Below are positions 30,437 through 40,333 of a DNA stretch of 64,000 nt, in pieces. The notes beneath the pieces are model-generated. The model searched no databases and was not told where the DNA came from. It saw only the letters and a program-made list of their open reading frames with translations. A program made the translations under genes and the position numbers. Every line of letters begins with the position of its first letter. Position 1 is the first letter of the stretch. The stretch comes from Bacillota bacterium. GTDB lineage: Bacteria; Bacillota; Clostridia; Lachnospirales; Lachnospiraceae. The stretch is from the NCBI GenBank assembly GCA_023387635.1, contig JAEWHU010000091.1, forward strand, positions 2,644 through 66,643, written 5' to 3'.

Positions 30437-31138
30437 ATGTTTAAAACGAGAAGATACAGTGTAATTTCTAATATAGGAATAATTATTTTTATATTTACTC
30501 TATTTAGTTTCTTTTTAGCAGTTAAAAATATTCAGGCTATAGATATACTGTCGTTACTATTTATAAGTGGTGCAGAAATCATTTTTTTTGGTGGATTAAT
30601 TTATATTGAAAATATATCTGGTAAAACTTATCAAGGTATATTAAGAAGTGGTGGTTATTCGGTTTTAGGTTTATATGCTTTTGCCAATATTGTAGTATCT
30701 ATCCTTTTCATGGCCTTTTTGAGAAAAAGTATAGCATTATTCTTTATTCTACAGTTGGCATTAATATCAATTCTTCTAATATTAATGATATTAATTATTT
30801 CTTCAAGTAAGAGTATCTATGAAAAGAATTCTATAACTCTTAATTCTGTATCAATGCTAGAGAAGCTTACGAAGGAGATAAGTTATATAAGAGATTGTAA
30901 TAAGAACTCTGAACTTTCACCTAAGTTAGATAAATTGTTTGATAGTATTTATTATAGTGACAACTCTAAAAGTGATGATTCTGAAGCTATGATAGCTAAT
31001 AAATTAAGTGAGTTAAAAGAAGCTTTTACAAATGAAAAAGATAACATAGATAAAATTAATCATCTTATTGAACAGATTCAAGCACTAATTATTAAAAGAA
31101 ATCTTAATATAAAGCAATTTAGTAGCGGAAATATATAA
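30437..31138 (+). CDS. hypothetical 4-TM membrane protein with helical, coiled-coil-like C-terminal domain
   Basis: 233 aa. A GGAGG RBS lies in the 20 nt gap after the SPFH gene. Confidence 0.6.
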   Translation: MFKTRRYSVISNIGIIIFIFTLFSFFLAVKNIQAIDILSLLFISGAEIIFFGGLIYIENISGKTYQGILRSGGYSVLGLYAFANIVVSILFMAFLRKSIALFFILQLALISILLILMILIISSSKSIYEKNSITLNSVSMLEKLTKEISYIRDCNKNSELSPKLDKLFDSIYYSDNSKSDDSEAMIANKLSELKEAFTNEKDNIDKINHLIEQIQALIIKRNLNIKQFSSGNI

Positions 31139-31160
31139 AATTAATGTGTAGGAGAGTATT

Positions 31161-31814
31161 ATGAATAATAATAAAAAAATAAAAGAGTTTAAAACGGGGA
31201 CTGTGATATTTTGGTTTTTTGTATTTTTTCCTATAGGAATCTTTTTATTGTATAAAAAACAGACGAGTGATAAGTCAAATTTAGTTAAAAATAGTAAGAT
31301 AAAAAAAATATATGGTTGGATTTTTATTGTATGGGGGTTTATTTATCTAATTCAGATAACGGATAGTGATATTATGAGTACTATGATTACAGCATGGTTG
31401 GTATGTACAATACCAGGTGCTTATTTAGTATATAGAGCTAGCAAGCTTGACAAATTAAATAAAGCTAGAGTAGAATATAGTAGGATAATTGGTACGAACC
31501 ATGAAACTTCATTAGATTATATTGCATCCATTACAAATTCATCCTATGAGAAAGTGTTGAATAATATGAAAATATTATTAGATTTACAAGTATTTAACAT
31601 AGGGTTTATTGATAGTAATAGGCATATGTATATTATTCCAGAGCAAAAAATACATACGAATAACATAAAGTTTGTGCATAATGTAATGGTGCAAGAAAAT
31701 ATCTCACAACCGATTTCAAAAGCAATAAATTGTAAAAATTGTGGGGCTAATAACAATGTTATGACTGGCTCAGTTTCAGAATGTGAATTTTGCGGTTCAC
31801 CTATATCAGTGTAA
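31161..31814 (+). CDS. hypothetical 3-TM membrane protein with C-terminal zinc ribbon
   Basis: 217 aa with an AGGAG RBS. The C-terminus reads CKNCGANNNVMTGSVSECEFCG. Confidence 0.6.
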   Translation: MNNNKKIKEFKTGTVIFWFFVFFPIGIFLLYKKQTSDKSNLVKNSKIKKIYGWIFIVWGFIYLIQITDSDIMSTMITAWLVCTIPGAYLVYRASKLDKLNKARVEYSRIIGTNHETSLDYIASITNSSYEKVLNNMKILLDLQVFNIGFIDSNRHMYIIPEQKIHTNNIKFVHNVMVQENISQPISKAINCKNCGANNNVMTGSVSECEFCGSPISV

Positions 31815-31918
31815 TCATATATAATGGGTAAGCTTTGAAGTTTATCCCAAAATGGCATTCCATAATTATTTATGAATTATATTGAGGAATAAAATGTATA
31901 TTTAAAGTCAAGTTGATG

Positions 31919-31950
31919 GGGAGCATAACTAAGTTATGCTCCCTTAGGTT
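31919..31950 (+). terminator. hairpin at the end of the SPFH operon
   Basis: GGGAGCATAA pairs with TTATGCTCCC. The T tract is poor. Confidence 0.45.
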
Positions 31951-32084
31951 ATTATATGGACAAAAATAAAAGGAATTATATATTGCTCACATAACTATAT
32001 GAAATATACCTATATAAAAGGCTACAATATATAACTAAATATATATTTGTTACATATATTTTTAAAATCATATTTATATAAAAT

Positions 32085-32200
32085 TACTAATAATTGTTAC
32101 ATTAATACTAATTATTGTTTTGATTTTAGTCATATTAAGCAAAGTTTACTAATAATTGTTATGCGATTACTAATAGTTGCTATGAGTTGTTCTAATTGTT
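32085..32200 (+). repeat. five phased direct repeats, core TACTAATAATTGTT
   Basis: Copies start at 32085, 32107, 32147 and 32168, with a degenerate copy near 32190. Spacings are 22, 40, 21 and 22 bp. Confidence 0.75.
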
Positions 32201-32227
32201 GAGCATTTCGCTGAAATGTACTAGAAT
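32199..32227 (+). promoter_or_regulatory. candidate promoter of the GH2 / ABC transporter operon
   Basis: TTGAGC (32199-32204), a 17 nt spacer, then TAGAAT (32222-32227). The -35 element overlaps the last repeat. Confidence 0.45.
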
Positions 32228-32377
32228 ACAACTATGTAAGAATACTAAGTTTACTAACTTATATAGATAAATTCACAGTATCATAGATGATAATAAACCA
32301 AAAAGTGAGATGAAAGTATGTGTTTGCGATGGGGCCACAAACTTAGCACAAAAAGTAACGCAGAAATGAGGAAGAAT

Positions 32378-35300
32378 ATGAGTGATAAATTATTATTTAA
32401 TGACCATTGGGAATTTATGAAGCAGAATATAGGCTTCAATATACAAAGTATGATTGGCAATGATGCTACTTGGGAAAAAGTAGATCTTCCGCATGACTGG
32501 GTAATATATGATACATCTTACTTTCAAGAATCAAAGGAAGGATGGTATAGAAAACGCTTTACTATTAATCTAGAAGATTCTATGAATGACAATGTAAGTA
32601 GTAAACGTTATATCATTCGCTTTGAAGGTATCTATATGGATAGCACTGTTTATGTAAATGATACTGTTATTGGAGAATGGAAATATGGTTATTCTACCTT
32701 TGAATATGATATTACAGATGCCTTAATTAATGGAGAGAATGAGATAATGGTACGAGTGGTTCTACAAGTACCTAATTCAAGGTGGTATTCTGGTGGTGGT
32801 ATATACAGGAATGTGTGGCTAAAGGCTGTGCCAAGTGTATGCCTGGCATCGGATGGTATCTATATATCCACAGAGAAGTTAGCTGATGTATGGAGTGTAA
32901 GGATTGAAAGTGAAATTAATTATTATAATAGTAATCATACTAGGGATAAGAATGATTTATATACCATAAGACATACCATATATGATAAAAAATCTACAAT
33001 AGTTGGACATGCAATAGGTAGTGAAGAAAAACAAACGATAACTGTTGCATCTCCTCAATTATGGGATACAAATGATCCTTATTTATATACACTAAAAACA
33101 GAACTTATATTACATAATGAAGTAATTGATGAAGAAATTAGTCGTTTTGGATTTAGAACTATTGATTATGATACAGAGAAGGGCTTCTTCTTAAATAATA
33201 AGCATATTAAATTACATGGGACATGTGAGCATCATGATCTTGGGGCACTTGGAGCTGCAGTAAATAAGGAGGCATTAAAACGACGACTTATACTACTTAA
33301 GGAAATGGGTGTTAATGCAATTCGTACAGCTCATAATATGTGCTCCGTAGAATTACTAGATTTAGCAGATGAAATGGGATTACTAATTAATGCAGAATCT
33401 TTTGATATGTGGGAGCGACCGAAAACTACATATGATTATGCCAGGTTCTTTAAGGAATGGGTAGAACGCGATGTTGCTAGTTGGATTCGTAGAGATAGAA
33501 ACCATCCTTCCATTATTATGTGGTGTATAGGAAATGAGATCTACGATACACATGCAGATGAAAGGGGCCAGGAACTTACACGTATGATTATGGATATGGT
33601 GTATCAACATGATCCATACCATAATGCACCTGTAACCATTGGTTCTAATTATATGCCTTGGGAAAATGCTAGAAAATGTGCTGATATAGTTAAAATAGCT
33701 GGTTACAACTATGCAGAAAAATATTATGAGCAGCATCATAAGGAACATAAAGATTGGTTGATATATGGTAGTGAGACAGGTTCTATTGTACAAAGTCGAG
33801 GGATTTATCATTTTCCTTTAAGCTCAAATATATTGTGTGATGATGATGAGCAATGCTCTTCCCTTGGGAATAGTGTAACTAGTTGGGGTGCAAAAAGCAT
33901 AGAAAAATGTATCATTGATGATAGGGATGCAAAATTTAATGCTGGTATGTTTATATGGAGTGGCTTTGATTATATTGGTGAGCCTACACCATATCACACA
34001 AAAAACAGTTATTTTGGTCAACTCGATACTGCAGGGTTTAAGAAAGATTCTTTTTACATATATCAAGCAGAATGGACAGACTATAAAAAGACACCTATGA
34101 TACATATATTCCCATATTGGGACTTTAATGAAGGACAGATGATAGATGTACGTGTTTGCTCTAATGCTCCTAAGGTAGAACTTTTCTTTAATGGAAGTTC
34201 TATGGGAACTTTTGAAATCGATCATGAGAATGGGCAGAAATTAGTAGCGGATTATAGATTGCCATATAGTAAAGGTGAATTACTTGCTGTGGCTTATGAT
34301 GAAAATGATAATGTAATAGCAAAAGATGTAAAACGTTCTTTTCATGATGCTACAAAGATTATATTAACACCGGATAAAACAGAGTTAAAAGCTGATGGCA
34401 TGGATATAATACATGTTCAAATATCCATGGAGGATATAGACGGTAATCCAGTAGAAAATGCAAATAACAGGGTTAATGTAAAGGTTAGCGGCGCTGGGCG
34501 CTTGATTGGCCTTGATAATGGAGATAGTACAGATTTTGATTCCTATAAAGGTACTAGTCGAAGGTTATTTAGTGGTAAGTTATTAGCGATAATAGCTGCA
34601 AAAACAATATCTGGTGAAATTCATATAGAAGTATCTTCTGATGGACTACCAGCTACATCTATGACTTATAAGGCAAATATGTGCGAAATTCCTATTGGAA
34701 TATCTGCAACGGAAGAGAACGTGGAGAGTCCATTGATTTCAGAGGTTCCTATTCGTAAACTTGAAATACTAAGTCCGTCTGGAACTCAATTACATGAGGG
34801 ACTTAGAGAAGTTAATGTACAGGTTAAAGTTTACCCTGAAAATGCCACCTATGATGATATTACCTGGCGTGCAACCAATGAATTAGGCGTAGATTCTAAT
34901 ATAGTAAGTATTACACCAAATGGCCGTAATGTAACTATAAACGCATTAGGAGATGGTAAATTCTATATTCGTGCTATGGCTAAAAATGGAAGTCAGAAGG
35001 TAAGGTTAATCTCAATGTTAGATTTTGAAGTAACAGGTCTTGGAACTGCATTCTATAATCCTTATGAGTTAATATCAGGAAGCCTATACAGTAAAACTTA
35101 CGGTGAAATAAGAAGCGGTAATGAACGAGGTGTTGCAACATCAAGAGATGGGGAGAGCATTGTTATATATGACAAAATAGATTTTGGTCCTATTGGTTCA
35201 AGTGAAATTACAATACCTATTTTTGAACTTGGTAATAAACCTACCCAGATAGAGATCTGGGAAGGGGAACCGCGAAGTGCTTCTAGTGAGCTATTAGCAG

Positions 35301-35809
35301 ATGTTATATATCACAAAAAATCCAAGTGGAATACTTATCAAGAAGCAACTTATGAACTGAATAAGCGGTTAACTGGTATTACCTCCATATCCTTTCTTCT
35401 AAAGGATAAAGTACATATAAAAGGCTTTGTTTTTAAGAAACCTAGGAAAGCTTATGAGAAGCTTTCTGTAGTAAATCATAATATGTTGTATGGTGATACA
35501 TATACCATAGGTGAAGATTGTATTACAGGTATAGGTAATAATGTAACCATATCTTTTAATGACATGGATTTTGGTTTAGAAGGTTTTAAAGGATTAAAAG
35601 TATGTGGACGTTCAGTTACTGATAAGAATACCATACAAGTTAGATTTCATAGTGAAAATGGTGAGATTAAGAGATTAATAGAATTCCCATACTCTGAGGA
35701 TTACGCAACACGAGAGTATCCATTGGAATCTGTTAATGGATTACAAACAGTTGAATTTGTATTTTTACCTGGATCTAATTTTGATTTTAAATGGTTCCAG
35801 TTTGTGTAA
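32378..35809 (+). CDS. GH2 family beta-galactosidase-like glycoside hydrolase with long C-terminal accessory domains
   Basis: VDLPHDW, FEGIYMDSTVYVND, RTAHN and NHPSIIMWCIGNE motifs are present. GAGGAAG lies upstream of the ATG at 32378. Confidence 0.9.
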   Translation: MSDKLLFNDHWEFMKQNIGFNIQSMIGNDATWEKVDLPHDWVIYDTSYFQESKEGWYRKRFTINLEDSMNDNVSSKRYIIRFEGIYMDSTVYVNDTVIGEWKYGYSTFEYDITDALINGENEIMVRVVLQVPNSRWYSGGGIYRNVWLKAVPSVCLASDGIYISTEKLADVWSVRIESEINYYNSNHTRDKNDLYTIRHTIYDKKSTIVGHAIGSEEKQTITVASPQLWDTNDPYLYTLKTELILHNEVIDEEISRFGFRTIDYDTEKGFFLNNKHIKLHGTCEHHDLGALGAAVNKEALKRRLILLKEMGVNAIRTAHNMCSVELLDLADEMGLLINAESFDMWERPKTTYDYARFFKEWVERDVASWIRRDRNHPSIIMWCIGNEIYDTHADERGQELTRMIMDMVYQHDPYHNAPVTIGSNYMPWENARKCADIVKIAGYNYAEKYYEQHHKEHKDWLIYGSETGSIVQSRGIYHFPLSSNILCDDDEQCSSLGNSVTSWGAKSIEKCIIDDRDAKFNAGMFIWSGFDYIGEPTPYHTKNSYFGQLDTAGFKKDSFYIYQAEWTDYKKTPMIHIFPYWDFNEGQMIDVRVCSNAPKVELFFNGSSMGTFEIDHENGQKLVADYRLPYSKGELLAVAYDENDNVIAKDVKRSFHDATKIILTPDKTELKADGMDIIHVQISMEDIDGNPVENANNRVNVKVSGAGRLIGLDNGDSTDFDSYKGTSRRLFSGKLLAIIAAKTISGEIHIEVSSDGLPATSMTYKANMCEIPIGISATEENVESPLISEVPIRKLEILSPSGTQLHEGLREVNVQVKVYPENATYDDITWRATNELGVDSNIVSITPNGRNVTINALGDGKFYIRAMAKNGSQKVRLISMLDFEVTGLGTAFYNPYELISGSLYSKTYGEIRSGNERGVATSRDGESIVIYDKIDFGPIGSSEITIPIFELGNKPTQIEIWEGEPRSASSELLADVIYHKKSKWNTYQEATYELNKRLTGITSISFLLKDKVHIKGFVFKKPRKAYEKLSVVNHNMLYGDTYTIGEDCITGIGNNVTISFNDMDFGLEGFKGLKVCGRSVTDKNTIQVRFHSENGEIKRLIEFPYSEDYATREYPLESVNGLQTVEFVFLPGSNFDFKWFQFV

Positions 35810-35851
35810 TTATATTACGTAAAATATAGTTTTCTAAGGAGGATAAGGAAT

Positions 35852-36829
35852 ATGGCAATGGAAAGTAAAGCGTTAGAAAGGCAAAAGAAGAAAGAAGAAG
35901 CAATTCGGATAAAATCGGCACAGACTCCTCTTTTAAAACATATAAAAAGAAATTGGAAAATGTATTCATTTTTAATAATTCCGGTTCTGTATTTTATTAT
36001 TTTTAAGTATTTACCGATGGCTGGAAATATCATTGCTTTTCGTAAATATCGTGCTGGTGGCCCGATTTTTGGTATAGAGTGGTCAGGTTTTAAATATTTT
36101 AGACAATTTATGAGAGATAAATCGTTCTGGAATGCATTTCAAAATACATTAACTATTAATTTAACATATTTAGCGTTTCGGTTTCCCTTAACATTAATCT
36201 TTGCATTACTGTTAAATGAAATTAAAAATGTTCGTTGGAAAAAGTTTGTTCAAACAGTATCCTATTTACCACACTTTATAGCAGTTGTAATTGTGTGTGG
36301 TATGGTGAAAGAGTTGGTATCTACTTCTGGACCAATAAACACTATAATTAGAGCTTTAGGTGGTCAAGCAATTAGTTTTATCCAATTACCAGAATGGTTT
36401 GTTACAATCTTTGTAGCATCTGGTGTGTGGCAAGCGCTTGGATGGGGAACAATTTTATATCTTGCAGCGATGTCTGGTATAAATACTGAATTATATGATG
36501 CGGCAAAAGTAGATGGTGCCAATCGATTTAAACAAGTATGGCACATTACTATACCTGGTATTCTGCCAACGGTCACAACTATATTGATTCTTGATATTGG
36601 TAGTATTGTAGGTTCCGGTGGAGTTTTTGAAAAGATTATGATGTTGTATAATCCGATGACACAGGAGACAGCAGATGTTATTTCAACCTATGTATATCGA
36701 ATGGGTGTAGGGTCAGGAAACTATAGTTATGCAACTGCAGTAGGTCTTTTTGAAGGTGTTATTGGGTTAGTTCTAGTAACCACAGCCAATATAGTATCTC
36801 GTAAGTTAACGAAAAGCAGTTTGTGGTAG
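35852..36829 (+). CDS. sugar ABC transporter permease (LplB/YteP type)
   Basis: Six TM helices, with the EAA-like loop YDAAKVDGANRFKQVWHITIP. Confidence 0.9.
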   Translation: MAMESKALERQKKKEEAIRIKSAQTPLLKHIKRNWKMYSFLIIPVLYFIIFKYLPMAGNIIAFRKYRAGGPIFGIEWSGFKYFRQFMRDKSFWNAFQNTLTINLTYLAFRFPLTLIFALLLNEIKNVRWKKFVQTVSYLPHFIAVVIVCGMVKELVSTSGPINTIIRALGGQAISFIQLPEWFVTIFVASGVWQALGWGTILYLAAMSGINTELYDAAKVDGANRFKQVWHITIPGILPTVTTILILDIGSIVGSGGVFEKIMMLYNPMTQETADVISTYVYRMGVGSGNYSYATAVGLFEGVIGLVLVTTANIVSRKLTKSSLW

Positions 36830-36840
36830 GAGGAGAGAAT

Positions 36841-37710
36841 ATGAAGGTTTCAAAATCATATAGAGTTTTTCAAGTTATTAATACAATCATCATGATAATC
36901 GTAGTGCTAGTAACACTTTATCCTTTTTTGTTTCTGATAGCACAATCATTTAGTTCAGAAAAAGCTATCTATTCTGGGCAAGTTACTTTGTTTCCAGTAG
37001 GTTTTAATATTGATACTTACAAAACTATCTTACAAAAAGGAGATTTTCTTAATTATTATAAAAATACTATTATATATGCAGTTTTAGGAACTGTGATATC
37101 GTTATTTGGTACAGCTATTTTAGCATATCCTTTATCCAAAGACACATTACGTTTAAATAAGTTTTTTACACCTTTTATTATATTTACAATGTATTTTGGT
37201 GGTGGACTTATTCCTAACTTTGTTCTAATTAACTCACTTGGGCTTAGAAATACAATTTGGGCATTCTTAATTCCAGGTGCAATAAGTACATATTATGTAT
37301 TATTAATGAGATCCTTTTTTGCAAGTCTACCTGTAGAACTTGAAGAAGCAGCTTCCATTGATGGAATGGGAACCTTTGGTACATTTATAAAAATTATTCT
37401 TCCATTATCAAAGCCTATTATGGCAACTATGGTTTTATTTTATGCAGCCAATATATGGAGTAACTGGTTTACACCATTCATCTATTTTGATACAAAGAGT
37501 ATGTGGCCAGTTGCTTTGTACTTAAGACAGATAATCTATGGTGCAACAAGTACCACTGAATTATCTGCAGGTTTAGACCAAGCACCAGGGATTGCAGCAT
37601 CAGTAAAATCAGCTTCAATGGTATTAATGTCATTACCAATTATTTGTGTATATCCGTTTATTCAAAAATATTTTGTACAAGGCATGATGTTAGGTTCTGT
37701 AAAAGGATGA
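36841..37710 (+). CDS. carbohydrate ABC transporter permease (LplC/YtcP type)
   Basis: The EAA loop is EEAASIDGMGTFGTFIKIILP. GGAGGAG lies upstream of the ATG at 36841. Confidence 0.9.
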   Translation: MKVSKSYRVFQVINTIIMIIVVLVTLYPFLFLIAQSFSSEKAIYSGQVTLFPVGFNIDTYKTILQKGDFLNYYKNTIIYAVLGTVISLFGTAILAYPLSKDTLRLNKFFTPFIIFTMYFGGGLIPNFVLINSLGLRNTIWAFLIPGAISTYYVLLMRSFFASLPVELEEAASIDGMGTFGTFIKIILPLSKPIMATMVLFYAANIWSNWFTPFIYFDTKSMWPVALYLRQIIYGATSTTELSAGLDQAPGIAASVKSASMVLMSLPIICVYPFIQKYFVQGMMLGSVKG

Positions 37711-37801
37711 TATTCTTCCGTCAAATGTATTGAAAATTTTAGATATCAGGTTCAATCCATTAGGTGGTAAATATAAATTTTATTTTAATCAAGGAGGTAT
37801 T

Positions 37802-39490
37802 ATGATGAAGTTAAAGAAAATTATTTCTACATTATTAGTTTTAACCATGGTATTTGGTTTGGCTGCATGTGGAAATGGGGGAAAGAACAGTTCAGAAACA
37901 AATTCTGATCAAGGCAATACTAGTGGTACAACAGATGAGGGTAAGGATGTGGCAGAAGAAAAATTAGACTATGCTTACGGTCTAGATACAACATTTCACT
38001 CAGATGAACCAATTACTTATTCTATGATGTATAGTGATCATGAAGCATATCCATACAGTGCAGATTGGTTATTCTGGAAAGCAGTTACAGAAAGGACTAA
38101 TGTAAGTTTTGATTTAAATCAAATTGCTCGTGCTGACTATGACGATAAGAAATCCCTATTAATTAATGCAGGACAAGCGTCTTACATCATTCCAAAAACT
38201 TATGATGAAAATGCATTTGTTACTGGAGGAGCAATAGTTCCAATCAGTGATTGGGTACAATACATGCCAAACTATATGAACTTTGTTGAAACATATGGTA
38301 TGCAAGAAGATTTAAAACAAATTACAAAAGACGATGGTAAATATTACAAACTTCCAGGTATGTGGGAAGTTCCAGCAGGTACTGGTAGCGAGTATACATT
38401 TGTAGTTCGTAAAGATATCTTTGATGCTGCTGGTGTTGATGTTGCAGCATTAGAGAAAGACTGGACTTGGGATGAATTTTTTGGGTATTTAGTAAAAGTT
38501 CAGGAATATGTTGGTGGTGGAACAATTTGGTCCGATAGATTTAAAGGTGAAAATCTTCTTAAAATCGTAGGTCAAACATATGATGTACCAGCTGGTTGGT
38601 CAGTTGGTGATGGTATGCAATATGATCCTGATACAGATAGTTTTTACTTTGCACAAACTTCTGATGATTACAAAGAATTTGTTACTTTAATGAATAAATT
38701 TGTAAGTTCTGGTATCTTAGATACTGAAACATTTACACAAGAAGATGAAGTAGCAGAGAACAAATTTTACACAGGTAAAACTGTTCTTTTAGGTTCAAAT
38801 AGAACATTTTTATCCCAATATCAAACTAAGATGACTGAAACACTTGGTGAAGGTAACTTTGAGTTATATTCAATCGTACTTCCAAAAGCTAAAAATAATT
38901 ATCAAACTGATAATTCAAGACTTGAAAATGGTATTATGATTAGTCAAAAAGCTCTTGATGAACTTGGTAAAGACGGATTCATTAAAATGCTTCGTTTTGT
39001 TGACTGGTTATGGTATTCTGAAGAAGGTAAAGACCTAACTAGATGGGGAGTTGAAGGAGAAACATATACTGTGGAAAATGGTGTATACAAATTAAATCCT
39101 GAAATTACATATGCTGGTCTTAATCCAACAGCAGAAAAGAAATTAAATGTTGATTATGGTTTTGGTAATGGTGTATTCATGTATGGTGGTACATTAGAGC
39201 ATGCATCATCTATGTTATCTCCAGAATTACAAGATTTCTGTAATAGATTAAATTCATATAGGGAACTAAAACCAGTGAACCCACCTGTAGTTGGTGATGA
39301 AGATCAAACAGAAGAGATGAACTTAATTAAAACTCCTCTTATTGATTATGTAAAGAGTGCTACATTACAATTCATTACAGGTCAAATGGATATAAATGCA
39401 GATTGGGATAAATACGTAGCTGCATGTGAATCTAATAATTCAAAAACATATGAAAATATGTACAAAGAGATTTATAGTAATTCAAAATAA
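37802..39490 (+). CDS. extracellular solute-binding lipoprotein (LplA-type, large family-1 SBP)
   Basis: The signal peptide has the lipobox VFGLAAC, followed by a Ser/Thr/Gly linker. The protein is about 560 aa. Confidence 0.9.
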   Translation: MMKLKKIISTLLVLTMVFGLAACGNGGKNSSETNSDQGNTSGTTDEGKDVAEEKLDYAYGLDTTFHSDEPITYSMMYSDHEAYPYSADWLFWKAVTERTNVSFDLNQIARADYDDKKSLLINAGQASYIIPKTYDENAFVTGGAIVPISDWVQYMPNYMNFVETYGMQEDLKQITKDDGKYYKLPGMWEVPAGTGSEYTFVVRKDIFDAAGVDVAALEKDWTWDEFFGYLVKVQEYVGGGTIWSDRFKGENLLKIVGQTYDVPAGWSVGDGMQYDPDTDSFYFAQTSDDYKEFVTLMNKFVSSGILDTETFTQEDEVAENKFYTGKTVLLGSNRTFLSQYQTKMTETLGEGNFELYSIVLPKAKNNYQTDNSRLENGIMISQKALDELGKDGFIKMLRFVDWLWYSEEGKDLTRWGVEGETYTVENGVYKLNPEITYAGLNPTAEKKLNVDYGFGNGVFMYGGTLEHASSMLSPELQDFCNRLNSYRELKPVNPPVVGDEDQTEEMNLIKTPLIDYVKSATLQFITGQMDINADWDKYVAACESNNSKTYENMYKEIYSNSK

Positions 39491-39552
39491 GTATTAGTAA
39501 CAGAGAGGGTTCTCTATATAGAGCCCTCTCTAAAATAATAAAGGAGGTGCGT

Positions 39553-40227
39553 ATGGGATTCTTGAATATTAACAGTTCATTTATGAAATATTTGGGACGA
39601 TTTACAGATATCATGATCCTTGGATTTTGGTCAATAATATGCTGTTTACCAATTATAACGATAGGCACATCCATTTCAGCTACCTACTATGTAACGCTTA
39701 AAATGGTTCGTGATGAGGAATGTTATGTTACTAAAGATTTCTTTAAAGGTTTTAAATCTAGTTTTAAGAATTCATCCATCCTTTGGATTTGTTTTATGCT
39801 GATAGGAATAATTTTTTATTTTAATTTTCAGGTAATGAATGGACTAGAAATGAAGTTTGAAACAATATGTCGTGCAATACTTATTGTAATCTCTGTATAT
39901 TTAATTTTTATTAGTGGATTTATCTTTCCTTTAATTGGACGATTTGAAAATACTATAAAACAGACGCTAAAGAATGCTATCATAATGAGTCTTCTTACTT
40001 TGCCTAAAAGTATTTTAATTCTAATTATTAATATGTTACCAATTGCAGTTTTGTATTATTTCCCAAATGCTTTTCCCTTTATATTACTTTTTAGTATCTC
40101 GGGAGCATGTTATATAAATTCTATGATGATTCGTACTACTTTTGATAAATACCTTAATATAACCATGGAGAAAGAAAATAGTGTGGTAGAAGAAAATGTG
40201 GACTTAATAGTAAATGAGAATTTATAA
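39553..40227 (+). CDS. YesL/DUF624 family membrane protein
   Basis: The N-terminus MGFLNINSSFMKYLGRFTDIMILGFWSIICCLPIITIG is typical of DUF624 genes that follow LplABC-type transporters. Confidence 0.75.
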   Translation: MGFLNINSSFMKYLGRFTDIMILGFWSIICCLPIITIGTSISATYYVTLKMVRDEECYVTKDFFKGFKSSFKNSSILWICFMLIGIIFYFNFQVMNGLEMKFETICRAILIVISVYLIFISGFIFPLIGRFENTIKQTLKNAIIMSLLTLPKSILILIINMLPIAVLYYFPNAFPFILLFSISGACYINSMMIRTTFDKYLNITMEKENSVVEENVDLIVNENL

Positions 40228-40285
40228 GATATAATAGTATAATTATTATATAGATTAGTATCTTATTATATAAATAGAAGCAAAT

Positions 40286-40333
40286 AAAAATGCCTATTAA
40301 AACAAACATTTCTTGTTTTAATAGGCATTTTCT
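40286..40333. terminator. bidirectional terminator
   Basis: AATGCCTATTAAAACAA pairs with TTGTTTTAATAGGCATT as a 17 bp stem, flanked by A and T runs. Confidence 0.75.
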
